Shown here: positions 30,409-42,743 of the stretch, piece by piece
Layout: the number at the start of each line of letters is the position of its first letter
Numbering within the stretch: the first letter of the stretch is position 1
From: Chromera velia
Lineage: Eukaryota
Assembly: GCA_018398765.1 (NCBI GenBank)
Contig: JAHBMJ010000068.1
Location: forward strand, 1 to 64,000
Length of the DNA stretch: 64,000 nt
Reading direction: 5' to 3'
Translations under genes and position numbers: made by a program
The notes under the pieces: model-generated
Seen by the model: the letters and a program-made list of their open reading frames with translations, nothing else
Database searches by the model: none
What the model was told of the DNA's origin: nothing

Positions 30409-30710
30409 CTAGGTGCCGGCTAGAGAAAAAAAAAAAAGTTAAAGATCTCGGGAGATCTTTTTTTTTTTTTCTTGTTTACTTTTTGACCCTGAACAACACA
30501 GTCAACACTTAACAACAGTTATGCAACAGACAAACAATACTTGTGCAACAGTTGAGACTAGGCTAGATCTACCCTTCATACACGGGGACGCGGTATGCAT
30601 AACAAAAACCTCAATCAACAAGAAGTTGAGCAACAGTTGTTTGACTGAAAAAAAAAAAAGTAGACGATCTAGGGAGATCTTTTTTTTTTTTTTCTCTAGC
30701 CGGCGCCTAG
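30409..30710. mobile_element. MITE-like element (~302 bp) with terminal inverted repeats and probable 8-bp TSD
   Basis: Left CTAGGTGCCGGCTAGAGAAAAAAAAAAAA pairs with right TTTTTTTTTTTTCTCTAGCCGGCGCCTAG. Flanks are CTAAATTT / CTAAATTC. Each end also has an A-run..GATCT..GGGAGATC..T-run subterminal module. Confidence 0.75.
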
Positions 30711-30839
30711 CTAAATTCACCTAAATTCACTGCCTAAATCCATTTCTAAATTCACTCGATTTGTAGGGTACCACGCATGCACTAGCTGTCAGACCCTATA
30801 GTTATGCTAGTAGTCATGCAGACCTCTGAGTCACCTCTC

Positions 30840-32063
30840 TTACAATCCTGGAACGACCGCAGCCCCCCGAGTGCAGAGGAGGACGTTCGGTGCTGCCCAC
30901 CCGATCCGGTTCCCCCTCGTGAGCGGCTCATAGCAGCCCTTGGGGAGGTCGACGGCAGCGATCACCTCCACCTCTTCAGGCTCGTCGCCGTGTCCCTCTC
31001 TCAGTCTGAGCACGAGGTCACCGAGCAGGGCATGAGTCCGTCCGGGTGCCCATCGCACGCCCGACAACTCCTCCGCTTGCAGGTGTGCTATCCTGGCACA
31101 AACTAGAGCCATGGGGCGGGCGGCGGGCGCTGCGGACGCCGCCTCCGTTGCTGCGTCTTGCGCCTCGGTGATGCGCTTCTCGAGTCGTCCCAGGCGGAAG
31201 AGAGCCATTCTGTCCCCCTCGAACTCGGACTTGAGCCACGCCACCTGCGCAACGAGGACAGAGAGGGGAAGCGGGCGCGGGAGTGCTTCGAGCTTGGAAG
31301 AATCAGGGATCTCAAGGAACGTCGTCCCATTGAGCACGACACCGGAATTGAACATGATCACGTTGCTGTGCTGCGGGAGTGAGAGCGAGGGGAATCCGTC
31401 CGGACCCCTTCCAAGCTCCACCCGGGCACTGTCGCCGCCTCTGGAGGGAGCCATCTTTGGGGCCAGCGACGTGAGCCGCGCCCCCGTCTTGAGGTCAAGG
31501 ACCGCCACTGCGGACCCCTCGTCGGCTTCGCACAGGGCGATGGATGTGCCTGGAATGACATCGACCCCGCCCTCGTTGCCAAAGTCCAGGTTCATGCTCT
31601 CGAAGTCCGGGAGCTCCCACGCAGACGCCGCCGGATCGAGGGGGAGGAGGCCGAAGTCCCAGATGGCAACGCTTCCGTCCGTACTTGGCCACTCTCGGGG
31701 CCCAAGGATGGGAGCGAATTCTGTGGTAAATGACGGGCCCAGAGACGGGGCGCCGAGAGAGCCTTCGGCCAGGGATGAGGCGTTAATAGTGACAGCCTGG
31801 TATTGCCCACCTACCAGCCAGAAGCGGTAAGCCCACCTACCGCCCACAATCCACTCGTCCGCTCCCAGGGGTGCCATCGTCCTGGGCTTGCTGCAGAGGG
31901 AGGCTCCCTCCGCGCCCTGCAAGAGCGTCTGTGACGTTGCCGGGTCCGGCAGCGCATGCTCAGTGAGGAAGACGACTGGGCCCCTCGCCAAGGTGCGTAG
32001 AGCTCCCCAGGCGGACGTCGAAGAGGACGCAGAGGAGGACGAGGAGGTCGGGGCTGCCGCCAT
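30840..32063 (-). CDS. Intronless 407-aa hypothetical protein, no recognised family
   Basis: Uninterrupted GC-rich ATG-started ORF with globular-looking composition inside AT-rich repeat debris. Confidence 0.65.
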   Translation of the reverse strand: MAAAPTSSSSSASSSTSAWGALRTLARGPVVFLTEHALPDPATSQTLLQGAEGASLCSKPRTMAPLGADEWIVGGRWAYRFWLVGGQYQAVTINASSLAEGSLGAPSLGPSFTTEFAPILGPREWPSTDGSVAIWDFGLLPLDPAASAWELPDFESMNLDFGNEGGVDVIPGTSIALCEADEGSAVAVLDLKTGARLTSLAPKMAPSRGGDSARVELGRGPDGFPSLSLPQHSNVIMFNSGVVLNGTTFLEIPDSSKLEALPRPLPLSVLVAQVAWLKSEFEGDRMALFRLGRLEKRITEAQDAATEAASAAPAARPMALVCARIAHLQAEELSGVRWAPGRTHALLGDLVLRLREGHGDEPEEVEVIAAVDLPKGCYEPLTRGNRIGWAAPNVLLCTRGAAVVPGL

Positions 32064-33629
32064 GACGCGTGAATCTCGATCGGGAGTTTCAGAACGATCG
32101 AAGAGACGGGAACCCTCTCGGAGGACAGAACTAATGCGTGAAACTTAATTCAGCCAGGGCCTCTGGTGGAGTCCTGGCCTCGTTGATGATAACGACACGA
32201 AACTACCAACACCCCTTTTTAGTTGTACTAGCTCGAAGGAACATCGTGCCTGACCGGATGCGTGCTCCTGCATATATGCGTGGAGTGCATGTTTCCACAA
32301 TTTTCCACTTGCACGCAAAATGCCAGCTACCCCCTTGCCGGGGCCCAGGGGTATGCCGGGGCCCTGAATAGAGAGGCTGAGTCTGATACGAAGGTGAAGA
32401 GACACTCTATATAGAGGAGATTTTACACAAAAAAAGATTTCCAAACATGCAAACTCGATAAGTACACTACCTGAATCTTTGCCCACCTGCTTGTCTGCAT
32501 TGAAAGAGAGAACCCGACATTGTTTTTGTTAGTGCACATGTGGTTTGAAAGGCGCAAACGACATAGTGCGGCGGCTAGCGGTGGGGCACGGTGAGAGCGA
32601 TGGTGCACGTCGGTGCGGCAGTGGCATGACGGCATAAATCAATGCATGCAGAATAGAGTATCAATTGAAGGTATGCTTGTAAGAAACAGTGAGATCTTTT
32701 TTAGGAAATCGGATTAAACAAACAATGCATCAATGTCCTACAAAGTTGAATCGGGGTAGATTGATAGCAGCTAAGCAAGTTAATGCCGGGAGGAGGCTTC
32801 GTAGTGACATCCTGGACATAACAGTTTTTAATTGTTTTTCTCTAGGTATTTCTAGGTTTCCTAAGGGCGTGTGGTGCCTCGGCTCATATACCTGTGCTGA
32901 CTTGCCAAACTTTAGATACCTAATCATGGGCCGATGACGATGGCGTATGATGATGGTGATGATGATTAAAGCGCAAATATACCTAGAAATATGTACAAAC
33001 TATTATACTAAAACTAATTTTTATATCAGCATTTGATACATTTTTTGTAACCCCTGAATGCTCTGGGTACTCAATGCATACTACTTATATATAAGAAGTA
33101 CGAAACAGTAATGAACTACAATGAACTGCACCGTCATGAGCTTGCGCTTACGTGTATTGATCTCTGAGCTGCGGGCATCCCGTCTGGTGGTGATACACGT
33201 TAGTTCGGCTCACCCCAGGATTGGCCAGTCCCATGGTTCGCCTAGGCTTGCCTCACTATATTACGAACTATAAGTAATGAAGTACTGCATGACTAATTCT
33301 AATTAATTCTAAAACTAGTAAAACATATTTTTTATGCATAGTTTTTAATATATCAATGATATCATAATATCAAGATATCCTAGAAAATATCTATACCTAT
33401 CTGTATCTAGTTTCTGTACATAACTAGTAGAGCTAAGTAGAGCGATTAAAAAGATAATAAAGGTCTGTTGTTGTTCCCTTCTACTTTTACTATACTACTA
33501 TCAGTGTGATATCACTTCTCATATCTAGTCTCATATTTTTTTTGTGCACGTAATCTACGAAATTGATGATCAAATGTAACCAGATGATGAGAATTAAATG
33601 TATATATGGACTTGGAGACAGGCATATAA

Positions 33630-36600
33630 TTAGAAGTCACATTGCTCTGCGTGTTTCTCTAGGTCTGCGGCGGCAATTTGCCGCCCGCAGAGAAAGCAGG
33701 TTTTCGTCTCTTCTTCAGACGTCAAAGTCTCCCCGCCGCCACTCCCCCCAAACCGCCCATCATCACCAACAACTCCCTCAACTGCCTCGAGAAGGAGATG
33801 CCGAACGTGATCGAATGCCACGACAGTCTCGGGTTGTTCTGCTGGTGCTTTCTGCACTCCCCCCTCCCACAGGCCGGATAACCCAGTCCCCTCCCGCATG
33901 GAGCCAGAAAGCCTGCGAGAGGGCGGCAACGACCCGGAGGCGGAGAATATAAGCGAGGGAGACCCTGCCTCCCCCTCAGCCTCAGCGTCTCTCTCAACAT
34001 CCGCTCCTTTCACTTTTGTTTCGAGAAGCTGCACAGGCACTTTCAGAGCATTCTTGTCGGTGCGCCCCCCTTCCCCCTCCCCCCCCCCTGTGCCGGGCTT
34101 TCGCTTCCCTTGGAAACGCTCTGCCTCGGTAAATTGGGAGGACGCCATTACAGCCTTCTCAGATGGCAACTCTGCAATACCACCGGTCTGACTCGCAGAC
34201 TGTCTCGCACTGATTCCACTTGCCTCGGGGCTTACCCACACCTCCTCTCCGTCTTCCTCTCCACCCCCCTGTACAACACCCATCAGCCCGCGCTCTCCTC
34301 TGCCTGCCTCTCTTTCGCGAGTCATGGCAGAAGGGGAACGGGAAAGTCCAAACAACAATTCACCGACCTCCCCCCTACGCCCCTCCTTTTCCCACGGGGG
34401 CCTTCCGGCCACCCCTCCCTTCTCCCTCATGTTCACTACAGACTCCGGGGGCACTCCTGCGGCACTCAGACGATGAGGCAAAGGTCCATCCGACACCCTT
34501 CTGGCTGACTGATCGGGGACGAGGGAAGAGTCGGGCTGCCCTTCAATCAGCACACTTTCCCCCTCCATTCCTTTCTGCTCCCTGCCCGCCTGGCTCTGGT
34601 GGAGCTGTGGGGCTGTGGGCCCGCCTTTCGGGACAGAGACAGAGACAGAGACGGGAGAGTTTGCACTCTTCAAGGGGACATGAGAGACGGGGGTGAAGGG
34701 AGATCTGGAAGAAACTGGGGAGCCCTCCCGTCTCTTTCCCAGCAGCCGTCTGAGCACACGACTCGGTCCTCCTCCTCCTCCTCCTCCGTCTCCCGTTCTC
34801 CCTGTCTTGCCTTGGAGATGATGGAGTGGGGACACCCCCCATGCAGGGGATCCTCTCGTGGGGGGGGCATCCGTCGGGGTTCTCCTTGGGGGGGTGTACC
34901 CTGGGGTTGCATACGTGTAGCGAGGCACCGGGTCACTTGCTGAGACTCTGCTTTGAGGCTTCTCAGCAGAAGTGGCCAGAAGGGAGTGAAGGGGAGTGCC
35001 TTGGAGATGCCTCTGTAAAGACGGGCTTGAAGACTGCTGCGGTTGGGTGTGAAGCAGCCTTGAGGGTATCCCCTTGGGCACAAAAACTCTTGGACGGAAG
35101 GGACTGTTAGAAGGGGCAGTTTTAGAATCGGCACTGACAGTCTGTCCGGCTGAGGGTTTGTAGGCAGCTCTAGAGGAGGAATAGGGAGGCCGTGCGAATG
35201 AGTTTGCGGATTTTTTGGGACCTTCGGAGGAAGCTGATCCTCTGTTGAGGAGTCGTTGGGGAATCCTGAAGGACCTCGAGGCGGATTGGGACTGAGGGGG
35301 TGGCAGGGTCCCTCTTGGCTGCTGCACGGGGGGTCGTTGCCTTTTCGACCAGTGGGGGAGGGAAGCGGGGGGGGCTGAGGGCTGGGTTGCCCCTAGCTGT
35401 GGGTTTTCGTTGTCCGTTTTCGCGTTCTCTTTCTGATGCATTTGATAGGCAAGAGGAGAAAGCAGACGGACCGCTCCCTCCTCTCTGATTATTCTGTTGG
35501 GAGCTCCTACTTGCACACTCCTTTCTCCTGCCCCCGCAAGCTTCTCTTTCTCAGCCCCCGGACGGATACGGAGACGGAGGCGGGGGTCGTAGAACATCAC
35601 AGGGGGCTGGTCCTCTGGGAAAGGTCCGGCGTCACCCGCCGCCTCTGCACACAAACACAGGATGAAGGAAAACTCATCTGTGGGACACGATGGGAAACCA
35701 AGAGGGAGAAGAGTAGGCGATGCATTGTCCAGAGATATGGGTCAGGGGGACTGGAAAACCGCTTTTGGGCATGCAGCGGGTCTTCATGTGCAACACCACA
35801 GAACACTACCACACAAACAGTGTTTGTCGACTGAAGCAAAAACAGAAAGAGAAAATTTGCGAGACGTGAACGCGAAGGACAGAAAAAGAGATGGTGCAGA
35901 GTGAAACACATTCACAAACCTTCCTCTCCAATACAGCCTTCCCGATTTGCCCTTCCATTTTCTTTCTCTGACGTCTCAAAAGACACTGCACGTGTCTTTC
36001 CCTCCTCCCCGGGACGTTGAACCTCGGGCTCTACTACACTTCCTGTCTTTCTTGCTTCTCTCTTCTTCATGGAAAGAATCAGATCCTCCTGAGTTTTGCC
36101 TTTGCCTCCTTGCCGTTCTCTGCCTCCCGTTTCCTTCTCAGTGTCCGGAGCTCTTTGGTTTTCTCTGGTGGCCACAATTGGTGCCACTTCGAGCGCAGAG
36201 ACAGGGAAAGGTTGTGTCTGCGTAGGTTCAGCGGACTGTACAGGAGCTTTAGGGTCACTCCCCGATCCTTTTGTTTCGTTTTCCTCTTCCGTTGTGCCTG
36301 CAGCCGCCTGATGAAAGTCAAATCGAGCCTCTTCCACACAGTTTCTGTCTCCTTCTGCACCACAGTCGGCAGAAATTTGCTTGGGGACCTCCCCCTTGGC
36401 AACCTCTGACTCTGATACTGTCTTTCCCTCCTCCCCTGTGTGTCTGGTGAGGCTGACAGGGTTGGGGAGGCCATGGGGAAGAATCCTCAAGGAACAGGAA
36501 ACAGTCCCAATCTTCTGGGGACCTCTCGATAGAGAAACACTGCCGCTGTGCACTGCACGAAAGAGCGACAAGTGCACTCGGGTAAAGGGAAGGCTTGCCG

Positions 36601-37081
36601 TTTCTTGCACTGATCCGCTGGCTGTCAAGGCCTGATGAAGACACAATGATAGGTCGACAGACGCGCCGGCAATCAGTTTTCCCGTAGGTCTCTCCTTGCG
36701 CCCGTCTACTTCCCCGGCAGATGGGAACTCGAGGAGATGGAGTGCAAGCGGACACAACCCGGCCTTGAAGGCCGTATCACTCATCTGAAACGCAATCGCC
36801 TTCCCTACATTGAACCAAAGAACAGGACAGGAATCTTTGCCCGTCTCTTCTCCTTCTCGGTTTTTTCCCCACACCGCTTGCTGGGTTTTCACCTGCCCTT
36901 GCTGCTGTTGAATAATTACAAAAGGCAGGGAGAGGAGTCGCAACGCAAATGCAAAGGCATCTCGATGGGTGTCACCGAGCAAAGCCGACAGTGAAGATGC
37001 CGGACTCCCACCGTCACCTGCTTCCTCAAGTGTCACGCGGTGAATAAAAATCTCCAGGGCGAACTGCTGACCACGACCCAT
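33630..37081 (-). CDS. MAP10/KIAA1383-like protein (N-terminal DUF4497/C2-like domain, long disordered middle, C-terminal UBZ-type zinc finger); exons 37081-35920 and 35644-33630
   Basis: FALEIFIHRVTL...AFALRLLSLPFVII...FNVGKAIAFQM...PLALHLL...KLIAGASVDLS...IGTVSCSLRI resembles the MAP10 N-terminus as recalled. C-terminus CFLCGRQIAAADLEKHAEQCDF. A phase-1 GT-AG intron joins the two ORFs. Confidence 0.7.
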
Positions 37082-37270
37082 TTTTCTTTCTTTCCGTCTT
37101 TTCTCACTTCAACCGCTGTAAGTTGAACACGCAGGAATCTTCTCTTCATTTTTCCTTTGCTGGTTCTGCTGATTTCTGCTGCCCTTATGCTGCCCGATTG
37201 CTGCCCGTTGCTGCCCTTGGTATACTGCTGCATGCATGGGCGATGCTGAATTTCTTTCGATCCATGGGCG

Positions 37271-37305
37271 ACGGTGCGCGCGGCGCGGGCCGCCCGCGCG
37301 CGCCG
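37271..37305. promoter_or_regulatory. GC-rich imperfect palindrome in the ~530-bp divergent promoter between the MAP10-like gene and ALG5
   Basis: CGGTGCGCGCGGCGCGGGCCGCCCGCGCGCGCCG, with TGCATGCA at 37229-37236. Confidence 0.4.
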
Positions 37306-37611
37306 AAATTGAAAATGGCCCCGCCGCCCGGCCGATGTATCTTTCGACGAGATTCGTCGATCGAGGTTCTTCGAGTCGCTAAATCCCTCTACAAGAGCTT
37401 TGATTCAAAGCACAAACGGAGAACAAAGCACAAAGGAACTTGGACCGGTGTACGTATGATAGAAGTACGTAATGCCGTAGAAGATCCGCACAAAGGTTGT
37501 TTCGAACGCCATAATCTGTTGCTGCGGAAAGTGTTGCTCTGACAGGGACAGGTCAGGCAAACAAAGAAGTCCTTGCGCATCAAAAATTCGCCCGCAGTCC
37601 GTCTTGGAGTC

Positions 37612-38683
37612 ATGTGGGTTGAAGCAGTGCTCATTGTATTCTTTCTACTGTGCCTCCTGGTTGCGTTGTGGTGGTTCACTGAACCTCTGAGAACGTGGTG
37701 CGATGCATATCACTCCCCTGTGGGGTCGGCTGTGAAGGTGATGAGTGTGGAAGGCGACATTCTGGAGTGCTCCTCGGAACTCTTTAGGAACTCCAAGTGC
37801 GATCTTTCGGTGGTAATTCCGGCCTATAATGAAAGCGAGAGGCTTCCTCTGATGTGCGACGACATGCTATCCTACCTGACAAAAAAGAAAAAGGAAAAGG
37901 GGGGGGGGCTTACGTGGGAGGTGATTGTGGTGGACGATGGCAGCAAGGACGACACCTTCGGTGTTGCTTGCAGAGCAGCTGCATCAGCAAGTGGAGTGAA
38001 GGCAGAGACGAAAGCCGGTCCTCCTCCGTCATCCCCTTTTAAGATTCTTCGATTGAAGAGGAACAGAGGAAAGGGATTTGCAGTGCGAACGGGGGTCCAC
38101 TTTGCTTCTGGTTCTCTTATCCTCATGGCTGATGCAGATGGAGCAACGAAGTTCGAAGACCTCGACCGTCTCCTTGCTCTCTGTCCAGAGAAAGTCAAGA
38201 AAGCCAACAGTGAAAAGGAAAAGGAAAATAGAGGGAACACGGAGAGCGTTGACGTCGTCTTCGGCTCTCGAGCACACCTCGCAAAGGAGTCAGAAGCGCA
38301 GAGAAAATGGTACAGAACTATCCTCATGTGGGGGTTTCACGGGTTGGTCAGATTAATGGTGGGCGGGTCGGTGAAGGACACCCAATGCGGGTTCAAACTC
38401 TTCACGAGAGCGGCGGCACGGTGCCTCTTCGCCTCCGTCCATGAAAGCAGGTATGTCAGCCGACTGGATGGATGGATGGATGCATAAGTATCTCCTCCCA
38501 TGGGGCCTCTTTTTCCACCTCCCACTCACACTTCACCTTTCCCCTTCTCTTTTCCTCTCTCTTTCTCTTTCTCTTTCTCTCTCTCTTTCTCCCTCCCTCT
38601 CTCTTTCTCTTTCTCTCTCTCTCTCCCTCCCTCTCTCTCTTTTTCTCTCTCTTTCTCTCACTTTCCCTCTCTCTCTTTCTCTC

Positions 38684-38740
<57 letters not shown>

Positions 38741-38815
38741 CTCTCTCTCTCTCCTCTCTCTGTCTCTCTCTCGAGATCTCTCTCGAGATCCCTCTCTCTC
38801 TGTGCGTGTGCGTGC

Positions 38816-38851
<36 letters not shown>

Positions 38852-39292
38852 CCGTCTGTCTGTCTTTCTTTCTGTTTGTCTGTTGTGTTCATAAAGAAAA
38901 GGAGGGAGAAGAAGAAACTGTCTGTCTGTCTGTAAGTAAAGAAAAGACGATATAGTCTGTCTGCCTGTCTGTCTGTCTGGCTGGCTGGCTGGCCTGGTTG
39001 CTGCTGCTGCTGCTGCTGCATCCTAGGCTGCCTCGTAAACGAAAGGAGAAGAAAAGAAACGCACACGTCCAGATGGAAAGAATGTAGAAGTGCAAGGGCA
39101 AGGAAGGGCCAGAAGGAAGGGCCGCAGGGTACGCTCAAGGCTTGGAGCTCTGGTACCCTTCCACTGAGAGAGCACGCCAAAAGAAAAAAGACAAAAACAG
39201 AAGAGAATGAAGAAAGAGAAAAAGGGAAAAAAAAAACGATATAGTCTGTCTCTCTCTCTCTCCCCCTCTCTTTCTCTCTCTCTCTTTCTTTT

Positions 39293-39364
<72 letters not shown>

Positions 39365-40133
39365 TCTCCCCCTGTTTCTCTCTCTCCCTGTTTCTCTTTC
39401 TTTCTCTCTCTCTTCTCCTTTTCTCTCTTTCTCTCTCCCTCCCTCTGTTTCTCGCTCTCCCTCCGTTTCTCTCTCTCCCTCTGTTTCTCTCTCTCCCTCT
39501 GTTTCTCTCTCTCCCTCTGTTTCTCTGTCTCCCTCTGTTTCTCTCTCTGCCTCTGTTTCTCTCTCTCCCTCTGTTTCTCTCTCTCCCTCTGTTTCTCTCT
39601 CGCTCTCTTTCTCTCTCTTTCTCCCTCTGTTTCTCCCTCTGTTTCTCTCTCTCTATCTATCTTTCTCTCTTCTTTCCTTCTCTTTTCTCTCGTGTGGCTG
39701 GGAGGAGGTGGGCGGTCTGGCATTCGTGGCTTCGGATCATGAAGAGTTTGCTTGCAAGGAAAATATAGAGAGAACGTCTCTCCTCCGTTGCAGGTGGGCG
39801 TTTGACATCGAGCTCTTGATTCTCGCTCAGAGCCTCGGATTTCGGATCGGGGAGGTTCCTGTCAGATGGTCTGAGGTGCCTGGAAGCAAGATCAACCCCG
39901 CAGTTGCCTCCATCCAAATGGCTAGGGACATGACTCTCACGCGACTTATGCACCTGCTCGGTCTCTGGCGACCTGTCTTATCAGTTGAAGAAGGCAGGAA
40001 AGAAAGCTGTACTCCGCCGCCAGTCAGTCGTCGGAGTTTGGAGGCGAGCCCTTTGGGGGGGACAGGGTCAAATCGGGTAGGTGGCTTGGGTGTTGGAGAG
40101 GGCGGTGGGTTTGGAATGAGTCGCTCGAATTGA
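37612..40133 (+). CDS. ALG5: Dolichyl-phosphate beta-glucosyltransferase (GT2); exons 37612-38450 and 39794-40133
   Basis: N-terminal TM helix, then LSVVIPAYNE, VIVVDDGSKD, NRGKGFAVR.G, LMADADGATKF, GSRAHL, R.WYR.ILM.GFH, DTQCGFKLFTR. The spliced junction gives SRWAFDIELL, followed by EVPVRWSEVPGSK. Confidence 0.92.
38540..39660. repeat. ALG5 intron filled with (CT)n, (TG)n, (CTG)n and an 18-bp minisatellite (TCTCTCTCCCTCTGTTTC, ~39430-39640)
   Basis: Directly visible. Confidence 0.9.
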
Positions 40134-40347
40134 ATTCAGTTGCCCGTCTGTCAGACATATTTTTTTGTCGATGGTGTGAGAGACTGAGAGTGACTGTTTT
40201 TGTAGGACAGATGATGAAAGTGAAAAGTTTTCAAAACTGATCAAAACTAGTTCTGAGTCACTTGAGTTTCTGACAATGATGCAGCTAGCAATGCTAGTAG
40301 CAATGCTGACTATAGGATGCTAGATGATGATGATGATGATGATGACT

Positions 40348-42508
40348 CTTACCAAAACTCTTTTCTTCACTCCTCTCTGCCCGTCTTACATCGCAAGTGA
40401 AGATTGACCATAGGCAGTTGGGTTTTCAGCAAGGGGTAGGAACAAGGGAAGCCATTGGAGCACTTACTGCGCTGATGCAAAAGGCAAAGAAACGAAAGAA
40501 GCCCTTGTTAGTATGCTTTGTAGACTTCAGCAAAGCCTTTGACTCCCTGCCCAGGGATGTTTTGTTTGAAGTTTTGCTGAAGCAAGGGGTGAGTGCAGTC
40601 AATGTCAAAATGATTTAGGCAATGTATACAAATATGTACGGAAGCATCACTGGCAGCCTTTTTATGTTCAAGGAAGAGAAAGGGGTGAAACAAGGGGATC
40701 CTCTTTCCCCTCTTCTCTTCTTGATTTCCATCAATGATCTGCATGAAAGAGTGAAGGCTTCCGGTCGTGCAGAGGTTCTGCTCGGTGGGGTTGAGTGCGA
40801 TAGCCTTGGTTATACCGATGACCTTGTCCTCGTTGCTGAGAGCGTGTATGACCTGCAGGTCAGCTTGAATGAATTGAATTCTTTCTGTGAAGAGAGGGGG
40901 CTCACTGTTAATTTAAAAAAGACGAAAATCATGCGTCTGTCCGACTCTTACCCTGCAATTGAAGGCAGGCTTATGTTTGGGGGAAAAGAGGTCGAGAGAG
41001 TGGGGTCGTATAAGTATCTGGGTGTTCTTTTGTTCGAAGGGGGGGACTTAAGGGAGGTAATAGAAGAGAGGCTTAGCATAGCGAGTAGACGGATGGGTCA
41101 TGCAAAGAGCGTAGCACTCTCTTTAGGTCGCCTGCCCCCCGCAGCAAAAATTTTGTGTTTATGCGCTTTCTGGTTGCCTGTTGCTCTATATGCGTTTGAC
41201 TGTCTGCCTGTCCGCAAGTCAGACATGGATGCATTAGATGTCCTTCAATTGCGCTTTGTCCATTAGGCTTTGAATCTGTCTCTCTCCTCTTTCCGTGTAT
41301 CTACCCTGTGTGCTATCGGTCTACTTCCTGCACGTATGCATATGTCGATGAGACTTGCTGGGTATTTGACTAACTTAAAACATATTGACCTCAAGATGCC
41401 CGCAGGTGCCTGGTCGGCTTTAATGAATGGTGATTGTCCTTCCTCTATGATGCACGCACAAAAATTGATTGGGTCGACCGGATTGGAAGAATTTGTGACT
41501 GTCAATCCAACCATCAGAAGAAGAAAGAAAGCTACCAAGGTTGGCTGTCTCCTTCTCTTAAGAGCAGTGATGAACCGGGAAGTTGATGAATGGATTGATG
41601 GTTGTCTAGAAAGGGCCGCTTCATGGGGGGTGGTTTTGCAGTTTGGCAGAGGCGTCAGACCGAATGTGTTCCAAACGTCTTATCCTACTGCCCGACGTTC
41701 GTCTCTTCTCTTCCTTTCCTCTACTTTTCCTTCATCCCCTTCGTCCCCCCGTTTCGTTTCCCTCCCTCGCGCTGCGATCTGGTCCTCAGACCCTTTTTCA
41801 GCCTTGCTGTATATGTTGCTTGGTGGTCGCCCCCATGCACCGTACAAAGGGCTGGAAGACGCGGTTTGCCCTGCATGCAGGGGTAAAGTAGACGATCTAC
41901 TGCACCGACTGACTGAATGCACAGAAACAAGAGCAGATCGAGAGGCTCTGAATGCAATTGTAACCGAAATTGAAGCTAAATTAGACAGAGCCCAAGAAAG
42001 AGAGAGAAAGTGGTTGCTATCGAAAGACTCCACCCCTCTAAAACACGCCACGCAAAGCGAATTGTTAGCACGAATGAAGGTCACCCTGGCACTCAGACAC
42101 TCACCCATACCGGCCCTGCGAATCTTGCAAAACATCTGTCTGCGCCCTCTATCGTAAGGCCTGCGATTCGATGCATGTGATGGTTACTTACCTCTCTTCC
42201 CGTGTCACCTTTGAATGTTCTTTTTCCATCTCCCACGTACATCTCTCGTCCCCCCTCTCCACCGGTCTTCCTGTCTGCCTCTACTGCCTGAGAGTCTCTG
42301 TTGCAGTTGTCGCACTCCTCCCACAGAAGGGAAACGACATCAGCGATTTAGAAAGCATCTTCTAGATGCAGGGTGTTTAGAGTTACGAGAATGAAGCCCC
42401 CTCCCGTTGTATGATGCAGGTCTGGCAAAGGGGCAATAAAGCATTGTCCTAGACTCATGCACTGCATGATGGCCTATAGACCGATTAATAATAATAATGA
42501 TTAATAAT
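40348..42508 (+). mobile_element. 5'-truncated, inactivated LINE (non-LTR retrotransposon) with RT and C-terminal Cys/His motif, (TAA)n tail
   Basis: QLGFQQG, FVDFSKAFDS, KGVKQGDPLSPLLF, YTDDL, GLTVNLKKTKIM, YKYLGV, CPAC...HRLTEC. TAG stops at 40616 and 41264. TTAATAATAATAAT at ~42486. Confidence 0.92.
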
Positions 42509-42743
42509 GTGACTGAACCTGCCAGCTATCGTATCCCAATGGCAAAGGGCAGTCTGTGAGCATTCATGTCATATTGCAAGCTAGGAGCACGCTAGCGAAT
42601 GCTCACCTAAAGCGGCCGAACCTTAGGACTACTAGCTAGCAAAGCGCTGCTCCCCAGGATTGATCAGTCTGGTCCTAGGCATGCAGCAATGAGGGCACTA
42701 GCCTTTCTGGCATCCCTCTGAAGAAGAAGCGAGAAGTACCACC

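Noticed and set aside
31111..31830. 239-aa plus-strand ORF
   Set aside because: Antisense shadow of the GC-rich 407-aa minus-strand ORF.
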